This document shows, one piece after another, positions 52,277-64,000 of a DNA stretch of 64,000 bases. The number at the start of each line of letters is the position of its first letter. The stretch's first letter is position 1. The translations under genes were made by a program, and so were the position numbers. Source of the stretch: Octopus sinensis (taxonomy: Eukaryota); the NCBI RefSeq assembly GCF_006345805.1, contig NC_042998.1:35774001-35838000 (forward strand). The letters are read 5' to 3'. The notes under the pieces were generated by a model. The model was not told where the DNA came from, searched no databases, and worked only from the letters and a program-made list of their open reading frames with translations.

Positions 52277-52346
52277 GGTGATTCAGTTTTCGTGCCACTC
52301 AAGTCAGATGATAAATGCAATTCCACAGAATCGGATGATTTATCTG
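52277..52346 (+). CDS. SLC35F5: SLC35F5-like exon 4 (GDSVFVPLKSDDKCNSTESDDLS)
   Basis: ctcctccAG acceptor, GTAAGA donor, 70 nt, phase 0-1. FVPLK resembles the YVPVK motif of vertebrate SLC35F5. Confidence 0.85.
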
Positions 52347-53618
52347 GTAAGATTTTCTTTTTCTACTTTTTTTCAAATATTTTATTTTTTCATTTTATTA
52401 TGTTGTGGTGGTTTAATTGATTTAGCTTTTATATGTTTCATTCATTGGACTGTGGCCATGCTGGAGTGCTGCCTTCAATGGTTTAGTCGAATGAATCAAC
52501 CCCCATTATTTTTTTTCTATTTTGTAAAGCCTCATATGTATTCTATTAATTACATTTTGCTGAACCGCTAAGTTATGGGAGCATAAATAAACCAACACCG
52601 GTTGTCAAGCGATGGTGAAGGACAAGTACAGATACGAGGATACACACGCATGGCTGCAATCCAATGACTGGAACAAGTAAGAGAATAAAAGATTAGGGCT
52701 AGGTTCCAACCCAGGCCACGGCAACATAGCCCACCCGCCACACTTCTCAGTCCAGCATCAATGCCTCAAGGTCTTCTATACATACGTATATCAACCGAAA
52801 CGTGTTAACAAGAAAGATGATGACAAATATCCGTCAAATGTAGATACTGTACATAATTTCTCATATCTCAAATATAGAGCTGTAAAGAAATTTTTAGCCT
52901 AAAAGTAATCTCTTCATTGAAATCCTTAAATTTACCCCCTCTGGTGATGGGTGGAGAGAATTTTCCTGGGTTAAGAATTTCAGTAACAATATAAAGTATC
53001 TCCTGAGGTGATGAGCTGGCAGAATCATTAACACATCATGCGAAATGTTTAGGAGCATTTTGTCTGTTTTACATTCTGAGCTCAATTGCTGTTGGGACCG
53101 ACTTTGCCTTTCGTCCTTTCGGAATAGATAAAGAGGGTGCCAGTTGAGCCCTGGGGGTGATGTAATTGACTTACCTCTCCCCCTGAAATTGTGGGCTTTC
53201 TGCCAAAATTTGAAACGAGTGTAAAGTATGTCTTTTAACACCATTGACATCTGTTCACTGAGAACTTAATAGCACAACTACATCTGCTGCAATAATGATT
53301 TCTCACATTGGTACAAGGAGAGAGAGCTTGTTAATTCAATCAATTATGCTAATTCAGTGACCCAGAAAGAATGTGTAATGATAAATCCTGCCAGCTTGGC
53401 TTTGAACTCAGAATGTGAAGGGAAATAACTGTCGCCGAATGCTTTGACACTCTCCTGATTCCCCTGCCCTCTGCCGGTCAGCTGCCTCAATAACATTACT
53501 TGTACAATCCAGTGAGGGAAGGGCCCTAATGTGGTCGCTTGATCTGCTTGGAATAGCCACCAAATCTCCCTCCTGTTTTGTCCTACTGTCTTAAAAAATA
53601 TACATGAGGTAAGGTAAA

Positions 53619-53799
53619 TACAGTTCTATATTTAAGAGATGAGGAATTATGTACATTATTTACATTTAATGGATATTTGTCCTCATCTCGTTTATTGTTA
53701 ACACAACGTTTCGGCTGGTATACCCTCCAGCCTTCATCAGGTATCTTGGGGAAATTTCGAGCCTGGGTTCTCATTCCTAAGGTATTGTTGATGTTATTA
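53619..53799 (-). mobile_element. Headless copy of the tRNA-headed HHR element
   Basis: Colinear with the 54247-54524 and 47955-48535 copies; shares the defined 3' end ...AAATATAGAACTGTA. Confidence 0.8.
53700..53745 (-). ncRNA. Minimal type I hammerhead ribozyme motif with intact core, in the tRNA-headed HHR element
   Basis: Minus strand reads GAUAC-CUGAUGA-A-GGCUGG-AGGGUAUA-CCAGCC-GAAA-CG-UU-GUGUU. Stem I is 5 bp with two G.U pairs, stem II is 6 bp, stem III is the palindrome ACGU. Predicted cleavage between 53705 and 53704. Confidence 0.75.
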
Positions 53800-54048
53800 A
53801 TATACACCACCTTAATAAAACAACCAACAGTAGTAGAAGAAGAATGGCATGTCTTTGAGCTGATATTTTCTCCCTCAATAAGGCGGCAAGCTGGCAGAAT
53901 CATTTTCTTTTCCTTTCTTCCTTTCAGGGTGCATTAAATTAATCCCCCTTGAGCACAGGGGTCGATTTAATCAAGTTACCTCCTCCCCCGAAATTGCTGT
54001 CCTTGTGCCAAAATTTGAAACCATTATTTTCTCTCTCTCTTTTTTCAG

Positions 54049-54111
54049 CAGACCGGGAGAACACAACAATAGTGCGGTTTAATAATCTTTTAGAAATTCG
54101 TCAACTTTCTG
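54049..54111 (+). CDS. SLC35F5: SLC35F5-like exon 5 (ADRENTTIVRFNNLLEIRQLS)
   Basis: Long pyrimidine tract followed by CAGCAG acceptor, GTAAGT donor, phase 1-1. VRFNNLLEIRQL matches the VRFSNIMEIRQL motif. Confidence 0.9.
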
Positions 54112-54246
54112 GTAAGTTATTTTCTTTGTTCTCACCAGCTTATTGTGACAAATCTACATTCTTATCTCGTCTAACTTTATTTAGTGGCCTGGTGCTATTA
54201 AGTTAGACATGGCATGGGCCAATAATGGCCGAAACCTATCAAAGTA

Positions 54247-54741
54247 TACAGTTCTATATTTAAGAGATGAGGAATTATTTACAATTGACGGATATTTGTC
54301 CTCATCTTGTTTGTTGTTAACACAGCGTTTCGGCTGATATACCCTCCAGCCTTCATCAGGTGTCTTGGAGAAATTTCGAAACTGAGTTCTCATTTCTAAG
54401 GTATATTTCGATGTTGTTATTATTATTATCTTTATTATAATTATTATTGTTCAGGTCACTGCTAAGAATCGAACTCAGAATCTTGGTGTTAGTAGCCCAC
54501 ACTCTTAACCACTACACCATATGGCCATGGCTTAGTGGCTAAGAGCATGGACTACTAACCCTAAGATTCTGAGTTTGATTTCAGGCAGTAACCTGAATAA
54601 TGATAATATCAAAAAATACCTCAGGAATGAGAACCCAGGTTCGAAATTTCGCCAAGGCACCTGATGAAGACTGGAGGATATATCAGCTGAAACATTGTGT
54701 TAACAACAAACAAGATGAGGACAAATATCCTTTAAATGTAA
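54247..54741. mobile_element. Head-to-head inverted dimer of the tRNA-headed HHR element
   Basis: A minus copy (54247-54524) and a plus copy (54525-~54741) meet at the palindrome ATGGCCAT. Both carry A/B boxes and HHR cores (54319-54364 and 54656-54701). Confidence 0.85.
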
Positions 54742-55850
54742 CTAAATGCAATATATATTTATATATATGGAAATTTGAATTCAAATTTCCAACAGCCGAG
54801 GATATGCATCACTGTTTGAAACTCAAAGTACCAAGGAATTTGAATCAAACTGTTTTGATCCATACATGCAACTCCCGATAAATGTGTCGCGTGCCCTCGT
54901 CGAGTTATGAAGAGAAAATAGAAGAAAGCCCTTACACAGCCATGGGAGGAAAATGAATGATCTGATTGTTATATATACATGTGTGTGTGTGTATATATGT
55001 ATATACATGCAGGAGTTGTCTAAGAGACCATAAGTCAGGGAGAAGATGCATTTATATAACTGTCAGTAAAGTGGGTGTATTATCTGAATTTTATATCATT
55101 AATTATATGTGCACATATATCAACATAGGATATGTACTTGCATATTTCTTACATACACGCGCACGCACACGCGCACACGCACACACACACACACACACAC
55201 AAACAGAGAGAGAGAGAGAACATGTGTATAGATGTTACCCAGTCATATGTAGAATGTCACAAGATTTGCTTGATGAATAATGTAATGTCTTTAGTCATCT
55301 GGAGCATTTTGTGAATGACACTGAACTGGTCGTATGACTAAAGAAGCAGTTGAGTGGGAAATGTATTTCTATCAACATTATCTCAATGCTAGTGAAGGCA
55401 TGTTGGCTTCATGGTTCAGACATTCGGCTTGCAATTGTAAGGTCATGAGTTCAATTCCTGGCAGTGTGTTATTTCTTTGAGCAAGACTCTTTACTTCACG
55501 TTGCTCCAGTCCACTCAGCTGGCAAAAATAAGTTGCACCTGTAATTCAATGGGGACCAGCCTTGTCACACTCTGCGTCACACTAAATTTGCTCGAGAACT
55601 ACGTTAAGAGTACACATGTCTGTGGAGTACTCAGCCACTTAATTTCACGAGCCAGTTGTTCCGTTGACCAGATCATCTGTAACCCACATCGTCATAATCA
55701 ATGGAGTGCCAGCTAATACCTTGTTATTCATCCTTAATGAACAGGAGATGCTTTCAGAACTGTGCAACAATAAGGATGTATTCTTGCATGTCTTTGTCCC
55801 CAATTGAATTTCCATGACCCTGATTCTTTCCTTTTCTCTCTTCCTTTCAG

Positions 55851-55987
55851 ATATCTATGCCGAAGAGTCAGTCATAGCCCGATTATCATACAATGCCTCC
55901 ATACGAGCTGAAGAGGCTAAATTACGAGCTCTAAGCAAACTTAGCCTTAAACAATTGGCAAAGGTTGCCATAATATATTGCATCTTA
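55851..55987 (+). CDS. SLC35F5: SLC35F5-like exon 6 (DIYAEESVIARLSY...KVAIIYCIL)
   Basis: cctttcAG acceptor, GTAAGG donor, 137 nt, phase 1-0, in frame with both neighbours. Confidence 0.9.
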
Positions 55988-56573
55988 GTAAGGAAATTTT
56001 TATGTTCTTTTCACTTTATTGGACAGTTTTTTTTGCTAATTTCATTGTCTTGGTACTCTTTAAAGAAGTAATTCTCAACTGTGGGCCCCAGGGCTCATGC
56101 AGCCCTCAAGCATCCTCCCAGTGGCCCTTCACGGTCTTTCTGCTATAAATATAAATTTTTCTTTTAATTGACTTGTATTTTACTTATTTTGTTGTGGGCC
56201 CCTAAAAAAAAAACAAATACCCATTTTGGATCTGACCCTGATATTAAAACTGTTGAGAACCACTGATTTAAAGAGTTACCCTTTATGTTAACAATTATTA
56301 AGATAATTAATTTTAGCTTTTGGGGGCACATTGAGAAATTTTTGTATGATAAAGGCCTCTTAGTTGAGAGAGGGAATGGAACCAAGGTAAGTGGTGTGCC
56401 AGGCAAGAGGTTAGAATATAATAGGGGGACGGGAATAGTTGTCTTACTATAGGGGAGACATTTGGCCACCCCCTGGGGTAAAGAAGGAAGGAAGGTGGTA
56501 GCTCTTTGACGTTACATTTTATTGGTTTGTTTTATCTAATGTGTATCTGTCTATTTTCTTGGTGTATTTGCAG

Positions 56574-56743
56574 TATTTTGTTGGGAACTTCTGCTACCAA
56601 AAGGGGCTCTACGAGAATGAGACGAACATTGTCAATGTTATGTCTTCTGCAACTTGTCTCTTCACCCTCATAGGTTCAACCATTTTCCCTAGTAACAGTG
56701 CCGATAGGTTTTCTTTGTCCAAATTGACTGCAGTAACATTTGG
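56574..56743 (+). CDS. SLC35F5: SLC35F5-like exon 7 (YFVGNFCYQ...FPSNSADRFSLSKLTAVTF)
   Basis: tttgcAG acceptor, GTAAGT donor, 170 nt, phase 0-2. FPSNSADRFSLSKL closely matches the FPSNSGDRFTLSKL family motif. Confidence 0.93.
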
Positions 56744-57946
56744 GTAAGTCTTTCACCTTTATTCTTTTCTACTCTAGGCACAAAGCCTGAAATTTTACGG
56801 GAGTGTGGAGCCAGTCGATTAGATCAACCCCAGTGTGCAGCTGGTACTTAATTTATCGACGCCGAAAGGATGAAAGGCAAAGTCGACCTCGGCAGAATTT
56901 GAACTCAGAATGTAAAGACTGACGAAATAACTATTTCTTTACTACCAACAAGGGGTAACACACTGGCTTTCATAATCTGAACCAACAGCCTCGTCTACAC
57001 AACCAAGGATGATATTCCTTTCTACTCTAGGCAAAAGGACCGAAATTGTGTGTGTGTGGGGGGGGCAGTCGATTAGATCGATCCCCGTACTTTATCAACC
57101 TGGCGAAGTCGACCTTGATAGAATTTGAACTGAGAGTGTAAAGACAGACGAAATACTTATTTCTTTACTACCCACAAGGGGCTAAACACAGAGAGGACGA
57201 ACACGGACAGACAAACGGATTAACTCGATTACATCGACCTCAGTGCGTAACTGGTACTTAATTTATCAACCCCGAAAGGATGAAAGGCAAAGTCGACCTC
57301 GGCGGAATTTGAACTCAGAATGTAATGGCAGACGAAATACCGCTAAGCATTTCACTTGGCGTGCTAACGATTCTGCCACCTTGTAAAGAATTAAATATTC
57401 TTTTTTTTTTTTCTTTCCTACTTTAGGCTCAAGGCTTGCCTTTCAATTTTTACAATATTTAGTTCTGATTGCATTGATAAGAAGCAAATGTATGAATCAA
57501 AGCCTGACAATGAAATGGGCAACAAACCCCATCGAACTGATACAGTAAGGCATTGTTATTATAGAATTGAGAGAGTAAGATGGAGAAGCTGACAGAGTTG
57601 TTGATGTGTTTAATGGCATTCCCTCCAGTTTTTTATTGTCTGAGTTCAAATGCTGCCAAGGTGGACTTTGCTTTCATATTTTCAAGGTTAATAAAATAAA
57701 AAAAAAAGGTACCTGTTGATAACTGGGGTCAATGGAATTGACTTACCCATTCCCCCTAATTTTACTGGTCATGGGCCAAAATTTGAATTCACCGTAAAAC
57801 CACTTGTTGTTGTGCTTTAACTTTGAAGTGGCACCCCGTTCTGCTGTTTGTGTAGCTTTCAATGCTGAAGTTTGGTATGAGTCCTTCCCGGATTTTCCAG
57901 ATGTATATCACTGCATATTTTTCCTGCCTTCATTCAAAGGGTAGAC

Positions 57947-57977
<31 letters not shown>

Positions 57978-58180
57978 CTCTTTTTACTTGTTTCAGTCAT
58001 ATGACTGCGGCCATGCTGGAGCACCGCTTTTAGTTGAGCAAATCGACCCCCAGGACTTATTCATTGTAAGCCTAGTACTTATTCTATCGGGCTCCGTTTA
58101 CCGATCGGCTAAGTTACGGGGACGTAGACACCAGCATCGGTTTGTCAAACGATGTTGGGGGGACAGACACACAAACATAT

Positions 58181-58227
<47 letters not shown>

Positions 58228-58849
58228 CACGATGGGCTTCTTTCAGTTTTCGTCTACCAAATCCACTCACAAGGCTTTGGTTGGCCCGAGGCTGTAGTAG
58301 AAGATACTCGCCCAAGGTGCCACGCAGTGGGACTGAACCTGGAGCCATGTGGTTTGTAAGCAAGCTACTTAACACACAGCCACTCCTGCATCTATGACTC
58401 TTAACTCTTTCAGCCTCTCTCAGACTATCAAGTCCCAAAAATACATTTTACCACATAACACAGAGCAATACCACTTCAATGTGTCAACATACTTAGTCTT
58501 GCTTGCATGCTCACAAACACACCTTGTATCTTAATATCCTTTCTGCTAAAGACACAAAGCCTGAAATTTTGGGGAAAGGATTACTCGATTACATCGACCC
58601 CAGTACACAACTGGTACTTAATTTATCAACCCTGAAAGGATGAAAGGCAAAGTCGACCTTGGCAGGATTTGAACTTGTATCTTAATCTACGAACAAGGTA
58701 TTGGTCAACTGAGGCTAAGGTTGAGGAAACTTGCCCAAAGTGTCACATCGTGGTATTGAACCTTGAAGTATCATTTTTATTTTATACTTGCTATCTTTCC
58801 TTTTATTATTTTCATTCTGTTTTTTTTTTATTCTTTTTGTCTTTTGCAG

Positions 58850-59016
58850 TATGTGTGGTGTAGTCTTTGTTAGTTTATCAGATACAAAAATTAAGAATGG
58901 GATTCCTGCAAGTGCTGTATGGACCATTGCCAGTGCAGTCTTTACTGCAATATATTTGGTTGTGTTGAAAAAAAAAGCTGATCATGAAGACAAACTTGAT
59001 CTGCCTATGTTTTTGG
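58850..59016 (+). CDS. SLC35F5: SLC35F5-like exon 8 (MCGVVFVSL...DHEDKLDLPMFL)
   Basis: ttttgcAG acceptor, GTAAGG donor, 167 nt, phase 2-1. Contains the EDKLDxPMF motif. Confidence 0.93.
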
Positions 59017-60333
59017 GTAAGGCAACTTTATATGACTTTTTCTTATAGATTTCATTTAACCATTGTCATCAGTAACATCACTTTCATTACTGGTCGAAGC
59101 TGTTCTTTCATCAGATCCCATCCAATTGACTTCACCCTTTTGTTACTGTATTTATTTTGAAATGCTCTGTGTTTCTTTCAATTAATTTTAAATATAACAA
59201 AGAATTTAGTAAAATAACTTAGTCATCATTCAGCTAGTGTACCACAGAGCCAGAGGCAGTTTCAGGTGGGTTGGTATCATAAGGGTTAAATTAACCATTT
59301 GTTAATCCTTTTGTTACCACATTTCTGTTGAGATGCTCTGTGTTTCTTTCAATTACATAACAAAGAATTTAGTAAAATAAGTTGGTTATCATTCAGCTTG
59401 TGTTAGGAACATAAATTGTGACTAAGGTTTGGAGGAAGATTTTTATTCAAAACTTAATGAAAACAAGACATTTGTACTACAACGCCAGAGGTGGTTTCAG
59501 CCAGGTTGGTATTGAAAGGGTTAACATTATTGTAGTGTGATGGATGAAGGGGACAACAGAAGGAGAAGGAGAAGAAATACAAACAGGTCTTATCTCGGCG
59601 AAGATCAGGTCTCTTACAGATTCGACGCGTCCTGTCGCTTCCTTGTCTATGCTCGAACTGCCCACTTCCTCGATCGCCACACGTGTGTCCACTTGACCGC
59701 TTCCGCTTCCCCATGCACATGCGCCCTCCAGTCTTCCACCAGCCCCTGCAAGCCCTACTTCCGCCCACCTCATCTGTCGTCCTCTCCACCAACACCACAA
59801 TTGTAGAATTATCTTAAATCGTAACAATGATCACAACATGGTAGAAACCAAAGTAGATGGCCAAACAACATCAGTGGAATTGTTATGTTGGGAGTGTAAG
59901 CTACTGGACAGCTTTAACTCTGATGTGTATGGCATGGTTCAGCTGGATGCAGATAAAATGTGTGCCATAAGATTATCACTGAAGTATGCTGCATATAAGG
60001 TTGGTAGAAGAGACTTTGAAGAGAGATGGTGTGTTGTTGTTAAGATCAGGAATAGCAATGAAAGAACCTTTGACAAACAAACAAGCAATTGATTGTTTAA
60101 CCAGCACATTAAACAAATGATTGGTTAGTCAACTGGTTAGATATGTAACCAACTGACTAACAATAAAGAAGTGATATTGAACCAGTGCATGTGTTTATTA
60201 TTATTGGCATAATGACCCTCCTAAGACAACAAAATTTAACTAAAATATATTTCTAATTATTACTTAGGTTTTTCTTGCTATTTATATTTTAAAATTTTTG
60301 TTCATTTAGAAAACGAATTATTTTTTTTTACAG

Positions 60334-60493
60334 GTTTTGTTGGATTCTTCAGTACGACGCTGTTGTGGCCTGGCTTCTTTATTTTTCATTATAGTAAGTT
60401 GGAATTATTTGAGTGGCCAAGTGACAAACAATGGATGTTTTTGGCCATCAGCGGAATGGTAGGAACAGCTTTAACAGAAATTCTTTGGATATG
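60334..60493 (+). CDS. SLC35F5: SLC35F5-like exon 9 (GFVGFF...LLWPGFF...TEILWIW)
   Basis: ttttacAG acceptor, GTATGT donor, 160 nt, phase 1-2. Contains the GFVG, LLWPGFF and ExLWxW motifs. Confidence 0.93.
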
Positions 60494-62201
60494 GTATGTT
60501 GATTATAGGCATTTTTTCTTCTTTTTTTTTTTTTGTCCCACTGACACCTGAATTCTTTTTCAAAGTCAAACAAACAACAATATTTCCATGTTACAAACAT
60601 TTTTACTGGTTGGTTTTAATCTTCCAAAAGGCTGATTAAATCCATATATGGAAACATGGAAATGTTCTCATTTATGCAAATTCTAGAGAGATTTGATTAT
60701 TAAACTAGGAAGTATCGTTAAAAATATTTCTTCGCTACTGTTAGAACTGAACTGAAGGAATTGAGGATAATCATTATTTCATTCATTAATTGGCACTCAA
60801 ATCAGTTATAACGAGCAGGATGTTCCATCTGATCGGATTAATAGAACAGCCTGCTCATGAAATTAGCATGCAAGTGACTGAGTATTCCACAGACATGTGT
60901 ACCCCTAATGTAATTTTCAGAGAGATTCAGTGTGACAAGGCTGGCCCTTTGAAATGCAGGTACTTGTCACTTTTTGCCAGCTGAGTGGACTGGAGCAATG
61001 TGAAATAAAGTGTCTTGCTCAAGGACACAATGTGCTGTCAGGAATTGAACTCGGGACCTTATAATTGTGAGCCATATACCTTAACAGATGAGCCTCATGT
61101 CTTCACTTTGTTGTGCTACAAGAAAACTCATCGAAGTGCAGTTGTTTATCTCTTATTGATATTCAATAATTAATACTTCTTGTAGCACTCTTCTTCTTTA
61201 CTTGTCCTACGAGAGGGCTTGAACCCAGCACTGAGAGGTAAGGCAGTATTTGTTCCGTAGTGCACTGCCACTATTTACTGGCACTAATAAGTTATGCTTG
61301 TCTTTGCTCTTACCTTCTTATAGGTAGGTGAGCTGAGCCAAGCCAACAAACACGAGTTAAATACCATTCCTTAATGGCTAATGGACTAGCTTCACTCAGC
61401 AATGTGTTGATCTCATCCTCAGCTGTAAGGCGGTGAGCTGGCAGAATCGTTAGCATGCTGGACGAATTGCTTAGCGGTATTTCGTCTGTCTTTACATTCG
61501 GAGTTCAAATTCTGCTGAGGTTGACTTTGCCTTTCGGCCTTTCAGGGTCGATAAATTAAGTACCAGTTGTGTACTAGGGTCAATCTAATCGACTGTGCTC
61601 CCCAAAATTTTGGGCCTTGTGCCTAGAGTAGAAAAGAATATTTCCATCAGTTTTTAAGGCAGTGAGTTGACAGAAACATTAGCATGCCGGGTAAAATTCT
61701 ACCGAGGTTGGCCCTTGTGTCTAGAGTAGAAAAGAATATCATCCTTGGTTGTGTAGACGGGGCTGTCGGTTCAGATTATGAAAGCCAGTGTGTTATCTAA
61801 AACAAAGCACATAGTTATACTTATGTCCACTTGCGTCTTGGTAAAATAGAAATCAAATCCACTGCTCAGTAGAGAGTAATTCTTGAATGACTGAACCTTG
61901 GATCAAGGTTCAATCCTGGTTTGGAACCATTTCAGTTTACTTAAGATCATTATTGTTTTTATCTTTTTTTTTCATTTTTTTCACGGGTAAGGCGATAAGC
62001 TATGAATATCATGACATCCCCTTTCTTCTGCCTTATAAATTTAAAATCTTGCACATGTAAATAGCAAATAGCAATACGATGTTATTGGTTGGGATCAAAT
62101 CAGAGCCAGTGTCATTGAGTATGTTTATATGTTTTATGTATGTTTTATGTCCAAGAGTATCTTGTTCAATGCCTAAATGTCCTTTCCTGTTGTTATTGTA
62201 G

Positions 62202-62292
62202 GGGTTGTTACCTAACATCATCCCTGATGGGCACACTAGCCACTAGCCTTCTCATACCATTCTCTATGATAGCAGATATGATTTTGAAAGGG
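62202..62292 (+). CDS. SLC35F5: SLC35F5-like exon 10 (GCYLTSSLMGTLATSLLIPFSMIADMILKG); gene continues beyond the window
   Basis: attgtAG acceptor, GTAAGA donor, 91 nt, phase 2-0. Matches the GCFLTSSLIGTL..SL.IP.S.IADM motif. No further exon recognised up to 64000. Confidence 0.92.
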
Positions 62293-64000
62293 GTAAGAAC
62301 ATTTACATTTTCTTCTCGTTTTCTCATCTATCTTTTATCTTTTACTTGTTTCAGTTATTAAACTGTGGCCATGCTGGGGCATCGCCTTGAGTATGTAAAC
62401 CACATGTAAATAAAATTGTTTGTATATTATCACCATATGTCATTTTCAGGATTTTAACATTTAGTTTTTCCAATTCTTTTTCTTATCCTTATATGTTAAA
62501 CACACCATTTGAGCATGATCGTTACCGTGTTGCCTTACTAGCACCTGTGCTGGTGGCACATGAAACATTCAAGCGAGGTCGTCGCCAGTGCCGCTGGACT
62601 GGCTCCTGTGCAGGTGGCACATGAAGGGCACCTTTTGGGCATGGCCATTGCCAGCACCACCAAACTGGCCCTTGTGCCGGTGGCACGTAAAAGCACCCAC
62701 TACACTCTCGGAGTGGTTGACGTTAGGAAGGGCATCCAGCTGTAGAAACTCTACCAAATCGTCCAACCCATGCAAGTATGGAAAGCGGATGTTAAATGAT
62801 GATGATGACGATGATTTCACCTCTATGGTTCTGAATATCTCAATGTGTCTTTACTTTGTCATCATGTTTTCATGTCTGATCTCTTTCCCAAATCTTTCAT
62901 AAGCCATCTCTATCATTTACCGCCACCATTAAGTTAGTACTTTTTCATATGGCATATTTTATCTCAAAGGGTTACTTATCTATATTGATCTGTACTGATC
63001 CAGTCAGTCCTGGAAGTACACCTCATCATCATCATCATCGTTTAATGTCCTCTTTCCATGCTAGGATGGGTTGGACGATTTGACTGAGGGCTGGCGAACC
63101 AGACTCCAATCTGATCTGGCAGAGTTTCTACAGCTGGATGCCCTTCCTAATGCCAACCACTCCAAGAGTGTAGTGGGTGCTTTTACGTGCCACCGGCACG
63201 AGAGCCAGTTAGGTGGTACTGGCAACGGCCACGCTCAAATGGTGCTTTTTACGTGCCACCTGCACAGGAGCCAGTCCAGCGGCACTGGCAACGATCTCGC
63301 TCGAATGGTGTTTTTAACGTGCTATCGGCACGAAGGCCAGATTGTTGCTCTGGCAACGATCTCACTCGTATGGTACTTTAACACTCCACCAGCAACGGAT
63401 GCCAGTCACTGAGTTTGATTTCGATTTCACTTGCCTCAACAGGTCTTCGCAAGCAGAGTTTAGTGACCAATGAAGGAAAAGCACGCATAAGTGGACTGGT
63501 TACACCCCTGGCATAGGCCACACGGTTATGGTCTCACTTGCGCTAAGATGACTAAAATGGTTGGCAACAATAAGGGGATTCCCTTATAAAATACAGCTTC
63601 AATAAAACCATACAACCCATGCTAGCACGGAAAATCAGACATAAAATGCAGAATGACTGAGAATTTTAGTTTGGTTGTTATTGTAAATTTGACTTGGACA
63701 TAGTGCAGTGTTTTCTGCCAGTGCAAGATTCTGGCAGCAGACAAGAACCAAGAATGAGATAAAAGAATGGAAGTAAGATCGATAAGCAGTTCTCAGAGAA
63801 GAAATGACATTATCAAGAGACGTAGCAGTATGATGTTCTTTCTTTGGATTCAGGTTTTACCAGCATGGAATAATGGACATTGAAATATTTATGATGACAA
63901 TGAGATTGGACTTTTTTGGCCACTCAGTACACCATTCTGACAGGTGCCTCTAGCTGCGCAAGGTACTTGGTGACCCTGTAGTTGAGGGTACCATGTAAAA

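Noticed and set aside
62293-64000. Expected next SLC35F5 exon (V.FSWLF...-like)
   Set aside because: No matching frame with splice sites was found; it is presumed to lie beyond the window.

Overview
AT-rich, repeat-dense eukaryotic DNA. It is most likely an octopus or other coleoid cephalopod, inferred from memory of the SINE/LINE families and not verified. One host gene is supported: ten GT-AG coding exons on the + strand (40683-62292) splice in frame into 384 codons of an SLC35F5-like solute carrier. Its last exon(s) lie beyond the window, and its first 5' exon was not found. The rest is mobile-element DNA: RTE/RTE-X-like LINE fragments with (GAT)n tails (largest at 27053-29563), CR1 and other RTE 3' ends, at least four tRNA-headed SINE families, internally deleted mariners, TTAA/piggyBac-type MITEs, and mini- and microsatellites. 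Almost all other ORFs in the six-frame track are by-products of these repeats. The main discovery is a set of type I hammerhead-ribozyme (HHR) motifs in four unrelated sequence contexts, all folded by eye. One belongs to a ~290-nt multicopy element that joins a tRNA-like Pol III head to a minimal HHR. It appears as single copies and as a head-to-head fold-back dimer, and its lesions cluster at the predicted cleavage site. The other three are single motifs at 4421, 15654 and 16756. No folding software, database search or activity test was run.
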